Shown here: piece after piece, positions 1 through 9,735 of the stretch
How the letters are laid out: the number at the start of each line of letters is the position of its first letter
Position numbering within the stretch: the stretch's first letter is position 1
IMG/VR virus record: IMGVR_UViG_3300037067_013225
Span: 138,678 to 202,677 of that record
Direction: 5' to 3' (one strand)
Length of the DNA stretch: 64,000 nt
DNA from: a virus
Lineage: Duplodnaviria > Caudoviricetes
The notes under the pieces: model-generated
What the model was told of the DNA's origin: nothing
The model's input: only the letters and a program-made list of their open reading frames with translations
The model's database searches: none
Program-made: the position numbers and the translations under genes

Positions 1-1176
1 CATCTTGTAGTTGCGCTAAACAATCAGATTCAGGAAATTCTTTCGAATCAGGGTAATCGTGTTAGTACGCGGTTCGTAGATAAAATCGCTGATTACTTTT
101 CTAAAGGTCAAGGCTCTACAAAAAATATTAAAACCGAAGTTAATAAAGAAATTATGTTCCAAGCTATGGAGAATCTCGTCCATTCTCCACAAGGCAAACT
201 CCTAGACTATATCAAGGCACCATTTCAATACAATCTAGATACAGATAAATGGGATTTCGAAGATGAAATGCCGGATGATCTAAGAACTGATGAATCGGAT
301 GAAATTACCACATCTGCACCGCCATCAGTTTTGGCATCCACAGCGCCATCTCAGCGTGGGATGTCAGGCAATATTCCGAAACAGGGAAACGATATCGATT
401 TAATTTTAAACGCATTAAATCCGCAAAAATCAGCTTACGGTGATAACACGCAGATTAGTTTAAATCGGCGTGTCATTGCGGGTGATGGTGATTCGGATGT
501 TATGGGGATTCATGGCGGAGACGGATCTAATTTAGCGCAGATTGCGTTAGGATCTGTGGGAAAGTTTGTTGGTGTCCAAAGTCATCCGCAGCATTTTACG
601 CATGTAGAAAATACCAGAAGTCCACATAAGAATGTCGTAGAATCAAGCGATTTCTTCCGCACACGCGCCCATCAGGCTAACGAAATGAATAGTGCGACAG
701 TTCCGGAAGGAATGACAAAATTCCATAGAGATGCAAATCCGTCTGGTCGTAGAAACTACTATCCTACGGAATCTTTGGCTGCTGGCGATGGTCGCAATGA
801 CATTGTTGGTGCTGATGGAAGTTCTCGCGCATCTGGAACCATCAATGGTGACGAAGTTACAAATGGCGTTCTGAAGGCGGTTGAAGGATTTTTGGGCAGA
901 TCTGCCGATTCGACGATGAATCAGATGGAATCAAACATTCCCTCGCCAATACAGTCCGGTGTGCAACAGTTGGCCGGTGCTGCTGATACAGCATCGTTAG
1001 CTTCTCCAATGGGTCGCGCTGGACAAACCATTGGTGCAATGATTCCGCAACCCGCGATAGATGCCGCTACAAAACCACTAGCAGGCATTGCGGATAATTT
1101 GGCATCTCGCGCTCTAAAAACTATAGGTAATTTGGGCGATCAAAGCACAAATTTTATCCAGCCCGGTCTGGAATAG
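1..1176 (+). CDS. C-terminal part of a large low-complexity protein, probably virion-associated (5' end outside window)
   Basis: Frame 1 is open from base 1 through the ATG at 154 to TAG 1174-1176; G/A/S/N-rich composition; no recognised domain. Confidence 0.6.
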   Translation, partial: HLVVALNNQIQEILSNQGNRVSTRFVDKIADYFSKGQGSTKNIKTEVNKEIMFQAMENLVHSPQGKLLDYIKAPFQYNLDTDKWDFEDEMPDDLRTDESDEITTSAPPSVLASTAPSQRGMSGNIPKQGNDIDLILNALNPQKSAYGDNTQISLNRRVIAGDGDSDVMGIHGGDGSNLAQIALGSVGKFVGVQSHPQHFTHVENTRSPHKNVVESSDFFRTRAHQANEMNSATVPEGMTKFHRDANPSGRRNYYPTESLAAGDGRNDIVGADGSSRASGTINGDEVTNGVLKAVEGFLGRSADSTMNQMESNIPSPIQSGVQQLAGAADTASLASPMGRAGQTIGAMIPQPAIDAATKPLAGIADNLASRALKTIGNLGDQSTNFIQPGLE

Positions 1177-2045
1177 CTAACCAGGCTGGGTTTAATAAAG
1201 CAAATATAAAACACCCTCTGGTTGGTGCCGTAACACAGTTTTTATCCGAACATTCCAGTGTCCCGGAAGGACAAAAACGTTTATGGGCGCATTATTTATC
1301 GAATCCACAACATAGGGTGGATTTTAAAACACAACCGCGAGAGATTAATAAAAATGATAAAGCGTTACTAGATTATATTTTATTGGGTGGAAAAGCGGTT
1401 CGAAGCGGAAATTTATCTTATGGGCAGGGTGTCGATCCTCACAAAGTGACATCATCTGCCGTGGGTGAGATATCTGCGGAAGACGTAGGATACGATCCTC
1501 ACACTACGATACAAAAACGTCTAGGCAAAAAGCCGCTTCCAGCATCAGTGAATCCAGTTCTATTGGGTGCGTCTGCCGATACAGTAGCCAATAGAGGCCA
1601 AGGCGACTGGTACAGTGTGGAAGCTAGCCCTGAACGCGCTCATGGCTTTACGTTGGTGGTAGGGCCACAAACAGGTGATGAGCAGACAATGCGGTCTAGG
1701 TTACACTACACACCCACAGCTAGCGGAGAACGCCAGCTAAATTTGGGCCAACCTCCCGTACCGCATAAATGGCTTGAAGATCCCACATTACGATCCATCG
1801 CTGAGAAATTTATCTCTTTGTCTGGTAGTGGTGTCGGTGGAAAAGAATATAAATTATCCGGTACGCATCAAGGTAACGAATTTAAGCTATTCGATCCGCG
1901 TACAGGAATGTCTATCCGATATGATAAACGTACCGGCGGTGTAAATAGTCGATTTAGTGGCGGTATTCCTACAGGTAAGCAAAATCCCCTATATGTGGAT
2001 ATGTCAACTCATGCGATACCAGTTCAGGATTTCATAAATAGCTAA
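1131..2045 (+). CDS. Hypothetical protein; possibly a -1 frameshift extension of the upstream ORF
   Basis: Frame open from 1131 to TAA 2045; first start codon is GTG 1317 with no Shine-Dalgarno; overlaps the end of the upstream ORF at slippery A_AAT_TTT (1149-1155). Confidence 0.55.
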   Translation, partial: FGRSKHKFYPARSGIANQAGFNKANIKHPLVGAVTQFLSEHSSVPEGQKRLWAHYLSNPQHRVDFKTQPREINKNDKALLDYILLGGKAVRSGNLSYGQGVDPHKVTSSAVGEISAEDVGYDPHTTIQKRLGKKPLPASVNPVLLGASADTVANRGQGDWYSVEASPERAHGFTLVVGPQTGDEQTMRSRLHYTPTASGERQLNLGQPPVPHKWLEDPTLRSIAEKFISLSGSGVGGKEYKLSGTHQGNEFKLFDPRTGMSIRYDKRTGGVNSRFSGGIPTGKQNPLYVDMSTHAIPVQDFINS

Positions 2046-2063
2046 TTCCACATCCTCTCTCCG

Positions 2064-2090
2064 ATGGCGGCGAAAGCCGCCATTTTATTT
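2064..2090 (+). terminator. Intrinsic terminator between convergent genes
   Basis: ATGGCGGC-GAAA-GCCGCCAT followed by TTTATTT. Confidence 0.8.
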
Positions 2091-3041
2091 AACTATAAAT
2101 CCCTTTTTCATTTTGATATCGTTGCAGAAGAAATCCCATACATGTCTGACACGATCCATATTGGTGAAATCGATATTTGCTAGCTGCCTATTTATACATA
2201 AATCATATAATAGAGCCGAAGCATTTTGTTTACTGAAACGAAGGTTGGAAAATGTTTTGTCGGTAATTTTATCTTGTTCGATTGTCACATTCTTCCCGCT
2301 AAAAACACCGCGACCCAGGCTTATGATGGGTGTTGAATGAGCCAAGGCTTCAAAAATATATGAGCTATTTATAGACACCAAGGCTCTACTAGATTTTAAT
2401 AATTGATGGTTCAACTGCCAATTATCCATATCATTCTCTATACGATCAATGTAATGTATTCTGTTATGCTGATATAACCGATGCCCATGATGAGATTTAG
2501 GGTGTTGTTTTACCACCAAGGTATAATCTGAGGGCATATATTGTACCAGATCTCTCAAAATACGTTCAAAATTCTGCGCATAGGCCGGTGCATCATATTT
2601 GATTACTGAATCAGCTAGATGTTGAATCGGAAATAGAATGAATGGCCCAGATACGGGTAATTGAGTAGGTGTTTCTTTATTCCAGTAATGTTGATCTAAA
2701 TACTCGTCAAGTTGTTGTTTTTGCTCGTTCGTAATGGGGGTTGAGGTGGTTTGTGCGGCACTGGAAGATGCGCCGTGACCCAGGCTATCTAGTTGAGTGG
2801 AACTGTAATGGGGTAAAAATCCGCATTCTAGATAAGCTAAGTTGGGAAAAGTCGGATGAGCGTTATGGTATATTTTTCGATATGGCCCAGCCCAGATTAG
2901 AAACAAATTATCTGGTTGTTGTTCTATGCGTCGCGGGAAGGTTAAAAGAGACTCTTGAGTTAATTTTGTCTGATAACCCAGTGCGTTTAGAAAAACTGCC
3001 ACATTCGCGGCAGCTTTATTACGACTATAGATTACGATCAT
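2085..3041 (-). CDS. KpsS/KpsC-like capsule-biosynthesis glycosyltransferase
   Basis: Motifs YLECGFLP, LFPIQHLADSVI, LVVKQHP, SINSSYIFEAL..PIISLG typical of the Capsule_synth family. Confidence 0.7.
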   Translation of the reverse strand: MIVIYSRNKAAANVAVFLNALGYQTKLTQESLLTFPRRIEQQPDNLFLIWAGPYRKIYHNAHPTFPNLAYLECGFLPHYSSTQLDSLGHGASSSAAQTTSTPITNEQKQQLDEYLDQHYWNKETPTQLPVSGPFILFPIQHLADSVIKYDAPAYAQNFERILRDLVQYMPSDYTLVVKQHPKSHHGHRLYQHNRIHYIDRIENDMDNWQLNHQLLKSSRALVSINSSYIFEALAHSTPIISLGRGVFSGKNVTIEQDKITDKTFSNLRFSKQNASALLYDLCINRQLANIDFTNMDRVRHVWDFFCNDIKMKKGFIVK

Positions 3042-4862
3042 TATTTAGCCTTATGATCATATTTTTGATTTCTTCTAGTGTGGGATTTTCGACAAGTTTT
3101 TCATCTTTCACTTCTTGTCCTACCCAATGACTATAGCGCATATAAGAGTAATCAGGTGCAAGATGGACAATTATTGCGTTTTCATCACATTTCCATCCTT
3201 GCCATGTGGGCGGTTTGTTTAGAACCTTGATATAAAACCTAATGGTGATGTGTTGGTCTATTTCCCACGTACAAGAGTAATTTGGCAATGGGATTAGAGA
3301 TTCTAGCTGGCATAAAAAATTAATCGTTTGCATAGCAGTAGCATCGCTTATTGGTGGTGCTGATGGATCACTGATTTCCCAGCGTATTTTGTCAAGGTCT
3401 TTCATACCGTGATTCTCTCCATAAGTTTGTCTCGTAATTCTTGAGCATCTTGAGATAGCGGGGATTTGCTCAAAACATACGCAGAATATAAGTAGAGTAA
3501 TTGTTCATCGATTGCTTGAAGAAGCTCATCTCTTGAATACGTATATACGCAGAAATTGAAATCTTCATAATCCGCAATCCATAAATCGTGTTCATTCGGA
3601 ACGATTGATGGGATGATCGATGGTTGCAGAAACAGGGGAGGATCGATATGTAGAGTCAGATCCTCCCCAATCACATCCGTAACAACTATTGGTGATAAAT
3701 CGTTCATTGCATTCTATCCTGTAATTCGGCTTTCATGAGGGATTGTGTAACGGAGGACGCTTTAGAAACGATAAAGAATAAGTTGCGTAGATAATTCTTT
3801 ATAGAGCGAAGATGTGCAGTTTTAGCTTCCGTGTCGATTTCTGCACGTTTTGTTTCTCCATGCTTGATGGAAATCGGATAGGCTTGGGCATAAAGACGAG
3901 AATATTCTGCCGAAAAATACACATATAGTGAATTTAGCGCCTGCATGTACGAAATTAGCACTCGCGCCTTCTCTTCGGCACCGCCAGCAACCAAAATCTG
4001 CATCTTGTCAAGCTCGTCAATCGTTGCTAAGACGACCTCTGGGCATTCATAGCCTCCGGCCTTAAATATGCACTGAGCAGCCCGTGTAGAGACCTCACCG
4101 GCACCTCCACTCGCCAGTTCAGACCAAACGGAACCGAATTCGTCTGGTTGAATGTTTCCCTCTTCTAGAACTTCCTCAAATACTTCGCTTTCACTGATTG
4201 GCATTTTTATTTCTCCAAATTATTACATTGATTTGCTTGAGTTTTGTCATAGTTTATTCACGCAATGGATATCTTTAAAATAATCCTGACAAACGTGATC
4301 CGTTTCATTTATCGTTTCCGCCAACTCTCTCGCGCCGCATTCGATATCTTGATCTGTTAGAGTATCGATTCTGGTATCTACTTTGGCCCAATCTATATTC
4401 ATATTCTCTCCATAAAAATAGGGCAGTTTTGCGACATTACCCAGGTCGGACCAGCAGCCAAAACTATTCTACCCCTTTTACGGCCCAATCACGCACATAG
4501 TCTTGAATATCTTCTAGCTCCTTTTGCGCTTCTGGGGTGGTTGTGAAACAATAAAATCCTCCGACGAATTGGATGGAGTGACAATTCGCAATGAGTCCAG
4601 CCATAGATTTATTAAATGCATTAATCAAATCTTCATTACCAGACCAACCACCAGTTGCAAACACATATATGCCTGGACGTGGATGCAAGGCCCAATCATC
4701 CATGCGCCATGCTTCCTGAATTAACGCTAGCATTCCTTCTACATCCCTTCCATCGTAATTTTCGATGGATTGTAGAAATTCCTCGCTAGGATATCCCTCC
4801 TTATCAAAACTTGGCTCAGGTAGATTCATTTTCGATCCTTGTATTTTCTGTATACCTTCCAT
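3025..4862 (-). other. Run of small hypothetical genes (3025-3405, 3402-3707, 3704-4204, 4247-4402, 4464-4862)
   Basis: Contiguous, partly overlapping minus-strand ORFs; 4247-4402 (51 aa, GGAG SD) read manually. Confidence 0.6.
4421..4448 (-). promoter_or_regulatory. Candidate compact H-type pseudoknot upstream of an RBS
   Basis: Minus strand CGAC-CTGGGTAAT-GTCG-CAAAAC-TGCCC; a similar element lies at 57601-57628. Confidence 0.35.
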
Positions 4863-5314
4863 GCTGTACTACGTACTGTCCAGGGAGAGATAGCCATGTA
4901 TAGAGATTTCCCCTTTTTCAGCGATCCCTCAACCATAATTTTTGCCCAACGAATCTGATCTGCTGGATCATCCCAATCTAATCCGGAATCGATCATGGGT
5001 TGTTTATGACATCGTTTCATAAGCTGCATCAATCCATAACAACCTGTCTTTTTATTCACCGCACCGATATCGTATTTGCCGCCTGTTTCAAATCCCGCTA
5101 TAGCGGCAAACAGTTCAGATAATTCCGATCCATTTTCATCTGCTGCTAAAAATATTGTTTCCAAATTATTCAATTCAGTTTCACTAAATCCGCTACCGCC
5201 TTTTTGCTTGTTTATATCCGTGATAATATTTTTTATATCGTTTGCGTGAGCTTGGGCGATTATAATCGCCCAACATAACGGGATTGTAATGATAGCTTTG
5301 ATGATCGATTTCAT
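4826..5314 (-). CDS. SLT-like lytic transglycosylase with N-terminal signal/anchor
   Basis: AIAGFETGG (catalytic Glu) and GCYGLMQLM motif; hydrophobic N-terminus ending AHA. Confidence 0.7.
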   Translation of the reverse strand: MKSIIKAIITIPLCWAIIIAQAHANDIKNIITDINKQKGGSGFSETELNNLETIFLAADENGSELSELFAAIAGFETGGKYDIGAVNKKTGCYGLMQLMKRCHKQPMIDSGLDWDDPADQIRWAKIMVEGSLKKGKSLYMAISPWTVRSTAWKVYRKYKDRK

Positions 5315-5319
5315 TTATT

Positions 5320-6188
5320 TTATCCCTTGTCCGTATTTACACTATACACCGAAATATCTTCCGTGCCATTACGAGCCACAAGTTTATCAACCATATTGGT
5401 GGCGCTTTCCATATCATTAAAAAACAAAGCGCCTTCCATTATATAAGACCACAACCTGCATTTCTTTCCGGTAAAATAATATATACTTCGTCCGGGTGAA
5501 GAAGTTGATGATGGATCGTATATGATGATGTAGTATCGGTCTATCGGTTCTTGGGTAAATGCAGCTACATCCAGTGTTTTCATAACTTTATATTCCATTT
5601 GTTTCTCCTAGTCTACAATACGGAAACTGTTTATGAATTCGGCATTAAAATTTGTTAGAGCCTTGCCTGCGGCATCCGTGACATAATATTTGAAGATGAT
5701 CCCACTTTCGGAATCAATCGGTTTCAAAAAGAAATAATACAGATTATCATCGGGAATGTTGGAAATATTTTTGCCGAATTTAACAAGATTCATATACAAT
5801 GCAGAGAGGCTTTTTAATGCATCACCTGTCATGCAAAACTTATAAGTATCGTAGGTGTCCACACCTGGCTCTACTACTTCATCATTCAAGCAGTGGAAGT
5901 TTAATCCTCTAATATCAGTGACTATCAACGATATCATTTGTTGTTCCCTTCTCCGTAAAATATTTCGGCTTCCTCCGGCATCATATTGCTGAAGGTTAAA
6001 TAACGATGATCTCTTTTGAGAACCAGACCGCTATATTTTTCTCGTACCACAACACGGCAACCATCAATCCAATTGGCTGTGGCAACCGGTTGGATAAGCA
6101 AGATTTCCCATTTTCTCAATCCCCACATCCATGCCCAAAAATATAATAACCATTGCATCATTCGCCACCACGCCCCTTTGTTTTCCAA
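5320..6188 (-). other. Three small hypothetical genes (5320-5598, 5608-5937, 5934-6188)
   Basis: Contiguous ORFs on the arm's coding strand. Confidence 0.55.
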
Positions 6189-6340
6189 ATTATTTCTGCG
6201 GAATCAAAAATTTCCTTGATCTTTTTAGAGCGGCAACGTGGACATTTCGCTTTGTCCTTGTCCTCATAGGGACAATCGATTTCGAACACTATATCGCATT
6301 TTTCGCAAACGAATTCGTAAGTAGGAATTGTATTCTCCAT
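6158..6340 (-). CDS. FmdB-family zinc-ribbon protein
   Basis: PTYEFVCEKC...FE...CPRCRSKKIK pattern. Confidence 0.7.
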   Translation of the reverse strand: MENTIPTYEFVCEKCDIVFEIDCPYEDKDKAKCPRCRSKKIKEIFDSAEIIWKTKGRGGE

Positions 6341-6349
6341 ATATTTATT

Positions 6350-6748
6350 TTAAAAATCTATCTCTTGGAAATCCCTTTCCATAAGACTGACAAAATATTT
6401 TTCCACGATTTTAATCATATCTTGTGCGTCGATAATTGTTTTATTTCCGATTGATACTGCGTTGATGGCCTCTTTCATCTCGCGCCACGTTATGGTCCAT
6501 AGAATATCTGCCTGTCGCTCACCATTCGGTGTATATTCGTGCGTCAATGCAGGTGGGCAGTGCTCTAATACTTGTATAAAAAACTCATAATATGGAAAAT
6601 TATTATTTAACGAGTTTATTATTTCGCCGAAAAAGAGATCAACGAATTCCCTTTTCGCTATGTCGGCGCGAATAAGGACATTATCATCCGTAATATCTGT
6701 TAAATTAATGGTGAGTGATCTGCACAGACTGCAATCATCTGCTAGCAT
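6350..6748 (-). CDS. Hypothetical protein, IDF-tagged (FQEIDF*)
   Basis: ORF track; C-terminus DFQEIDF-TAA. Confidence 0.75.
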   Translation of the reverse strand: MLADDCSLCRSLTINLTDITDDNVLIRADIAKREFVDLFFGEIINSLNNNFPYYEFFIQVLEHCPPALTHEYTPNGERQADILWTITWREMKEAINAVSIGNKTIIDAQDMIKIVEKYFVSLMERDFQEIDF

Positions 6749-7302
6749 TTACTCCACCCACAATTAATACAATATTTACAACCAGCCTCATATACTAGGG
6801 ACATTTCTGCACATGTAGGACATTTCTCTATTTTTTTATTCTTAATATAGAGACTTAATCGTTTCGCTATATGATATGTGATGTTAGAAACGTTATGATC
6901 TAGAGAATTTAGCACATCTACCACTCGCTCTACTGGAACTTCGTGCCGCAATAATAATGACACGGCTCTACTAAGTTTACCAGTATTCGGTTCGTTTTTT
7001 CCCTTAATCTTTTGCTCAGTTAAAAAGATATCCTCGATACCGAATAGCTTTCCTAGCTCATTCAATCTGTCTATAGCGTCAGATATATTTGCGGATGAAT
7101 CTCGCGAATTCGTTTTAATGAATACTTCGTAAGGTTTTCCGTTGTGTATATTGATCGTTAAGTACCATTTCTTCCCCTCGGCTCTAATATCGTATGTTTT
7201 ACCATCCAATACCGAGGGTCGTTTTTCAACGACACGTTCCATTTGAGCTAAATCACGGTTCACCTGAGAGATATCTGGATCTTCATTTGTCATTGTGCTC
7301 AA
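6742..7302 (-). CDS. NrdJb-like C-terminal subunit (TSCPD domain plus Zn ribbon) of a split class II ribonucleotide reductase
   Basis: KWYLTIN..KPYEVFI, LSRAVSLLLRHEVP, terminal CPTC..LVYEAGCKYCINCGWSKC. Confidence 0.75.
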   Translation of the reverse strand: MSTMTNEDPDISQVNRDLAQMERVVEKRPSVLDGKTYDIRAEGKKWYLTINIHNGKPYEVFIKTNSRDSSANISDAIDRLNELGKLFGIEDIFLTEQKIKGKNEPNTGKLSRAVSLLLRHEVPVERVVDVLNSLDHNVSNITYHIAKRLSLYIKNKKIEKCPTCAEMSLVYEAGCKYCINCGWSKC

Positions 7303-8739
7303 TTTTCACATCCAATATTTGGGCTAGTTTTTCAAACCACAATAATGCTGTTTCGATATCATTGCTACTACCTAGACAGTGTTGGCGATTATCCTCAAAA
7401 TGTATCCATAATTTAGCCACATCACCTTCTTCGAACCGTAACCCAGAGACTAATTCGTGAGGGCAAAAACCCACCGGGATATTGCCTTCTCCGAATCCCT
7501 CATCAAAGAACAATAATTTTGTTTTTTTAGAGCACACAAAACTGTGTGGCTCTGACAGATTTGTACTAAGGGCCAAAACGCTCTCATTGTCGCAAAAATT
7601 ATCAATCTTTTTCATTCATGATATCTCGGATTCTTTTAATTTTACTGGGATTGGTTATATTCCATTTATGCGTATGATCCTCTGAAATAATCAACGGTGT
7701 TAGTTCATTCTCGGAAATCTCCAAAAAGGTCATCCATTCTGGTAGCGCTTTGCGTTGCGATGATACATCCATGTTACGGAATATTTCGTTAAGATCTGCG
7801 AATACATGGATATTGCAGTCTTTCGGTGGTTTTACATTTCGGAAAAACATTTCTACAAAAAGATCCCATACTTCAGTATCAGACATTAGTATATTGTCTG
7901 AAATTACATCTTGTACATCGCATATCTCTATGTGTTTGAAAGCGATTTTCAATTGTGCGACGATATGTTTATGTATCTTTGTTACAACTTTACATTGTGT
8001 ATTCTCGATCCAACTATACATATCTGAAAAATCTTTCGGAAATGTAGATGATTTAATCACAGATGTAACGATATTGTCATAGATATCAGGATCTATGTCA
8101 ATGAATAGGCTTCCAATTGAATATGCTAGCGGTTTCATTATTTACTCCGATTCCATAAAAACATCCACATATATAATATGCACAATCCGTGTTCTCCGAT
8201 ACTCAACAAGGCACGGCCCTTATGATCCGCATCATTTGTCCATCTATTCAGATAGAATGAACCAATAGCCAATCCTCTACCTTTAGATCCTCCCCATACA
8301 CAGTGAATTAACGCGCCAATACCGATACCGTATATGCAGAGTAATCCAATAGTGAGATCATAATTTTCAAGCAATCCTACCAAAAACGATATCCATGTCG
8401 GTGTATCGATATATAGAAAGAAACGTAAGGTTTTGGTTTTCTTATAGTAACCTATTATATTAATCATAGAGCGTCCCATTCATCTTCGCTGAGAGTTACG
8501 AACTGATACGTGACGGTTTCACCATCGGTCACGGCAGTAACGGCTTGTTGCATATAGTGAACGATATCGGCACAACTAACCAGATCTCGTCCGATGATTG
8601 CATCTTCTGGGCATTCGCATAGCGGTCCTACATATTGGACTTCCTTGCCATTGATGTATAGTTTTTGCCGGTCATAAAAATCGTCATCCGTGTATGAGTA
8701 AACTACAAGCTCCATGGTTTTTCTCTCCTGATGTGACAT
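7283..8739 (-). other. Four small hypothetical genes (7283-7615, 7602-8138, 8138-8479, 8464-8739)
   Basis: Contiguous overlapping ORFs. Confidence 0.55.
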
Positions 8740-9296
8740 TGTTTTTCCAAAATAGATATCGCGCGATGATATTTCGCTTGCTTCCGCTGATATCGGTTCA
8801 GATCTTCTCCCGATACTGATGTGAACAATTTTTCCACTCGTTCAGAATCGGTATTATGTCTAAGATCGGCCAACTTAACATATCCCGCAATCAGATTTTC
8901 GCTTGCGGCAATATTATCTATATAAGTATCATATTCACAAAAATTATCATGCGTCAAGATATCGATTGTTTCCGCAATCGTGTCTCCAAACAATCCCTTG
9001 ATAATTTTATATGTATTGGGGATTTCTTTACTGCAAGGCTCTACAAATGGGCCATCCTCCCAAGCATCATGCAAATATGCCACTATTGTACAGTCATAAT
9101 ACAATGGATGAATAGTGAATGGCTTTGCGCTTGACTCCAATATATCTGATACGTGATTAACCACAGCATTGATATGATGCATATATGGCTTTCCCACAAG
9201 ATCGTGCTGTCCGTAATGATATAGTTCCGCCATCGACCGAGCCATATCAACCTGGCGTTGTCTGTAACAGTAATCTGTTTCTGAATATTCTGGCAT
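8703..9296 (-). CDS. HD-domain hydrolase, RelA/SpoT/Mesh1-like
   Basis: H.GQ.D..GKPY..H, AYLHDAWED, VKLADLRHN motifs. Confidence 0.8.
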   Translation of the reverse strand: MPEYSETDYCYRQRQVDMARSMAELYHYGQHDLVGKPYMHHINAVVNHVSDILESSAKPFTIHPLYYDCTIVAYLHDAWEDGPFVEPCSKEIPNTYKIIKGLFGDTIAETIDILTHDNFCEYDTYIDNIAASENLIAGYVKLADLRHNTDSERVEKLFTSVSGEDLNRYQRKQAKYHRAISILEKQCHIRREKPWSL

Positions 9297-9302
9297 GGTC
9301 TA

Positions 9303-9331
9303 AGTATACCACGAAATCGCGTTAAAGTCAA
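9303..9331 (-). promoter_or_regulatory. sigma70-type promoter, leaderless for the HD gene
   Basis: TTGACT-17 nt-(TGG)TATACT; ATG 9296 follows after 6 nt. Confidence 0.8.
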
Positions 9332-9333
9332 GT

Positions 9334-9358
9334 AAAAAGGGCCGGTTTCCCGACCCTT
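9334..9358 (-). terminator. Intrinsic terminator
   Basis: Minus strand GGGTCGG-GAAA-CCGGCCC-TTTTT. Confidence 0.8.
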
Positions 9359-9528
9359 CGACTTTCTCGCCTATCTTGCGAAGTAACCCCTTGGGTACTT
9401 TTCAGCGGAAAAGAACCTTCTGGCACTCATACTGGGTTTCTGCAACGTTGGTGCCGCGTTCGCAGGTTCCCAAATCCGTTCTACGGCCAATGATCGGTTG
9501 GTTGGAATATCCCACGGATTCCTCGTAT
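9334..9528 (-). ncRNA. Candidate ~195-nt structured ncRNA, unidentified
   Basis: Own consensus promoter (9535-9563) and terminator; nested stems AATCCGT/ACGGATT, GAACCT/AGGTTC, GGCAC/GTGCC; GC-richer than flanks; only a 37-aa ORF inside. Confidence 0.5.
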
Positions 9529-9534
9529 GCTCAG

Positions 9535-9563
9535 ATTATACCACAATTAGACGCCAATGTCAA
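9535..9563 (-). promoter_or_regulatory. Perfect-consensus sigma70 promoter
   Basis: TTGACA-17 nt-(TGG)TATAAT. Confidence 0.85.
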
Positions 9564-9735
9564 GCGTTACAGGCATCATTCTGTCTCATCCCCAGAATCA
9601 GCGTCATGTACGACAAGATTTTCCCATTGCCCACTGTGACAGAATTCACACTCTATATATAGTTGGGTTTGTGGTACATGTCTAACGTTATTAAGTTGCA
9701 AAAACAAAATATTATGTCCGCATGGCGATAGCATT

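Noticed and set aside
9334-9528. Cobalamin or SAM riboswitch next to nrdJ
   Set aside because: It lies downstream of nrdJ, I cannot find the conserved B12-box or SAM-I core, and the next gene has its own promoter.
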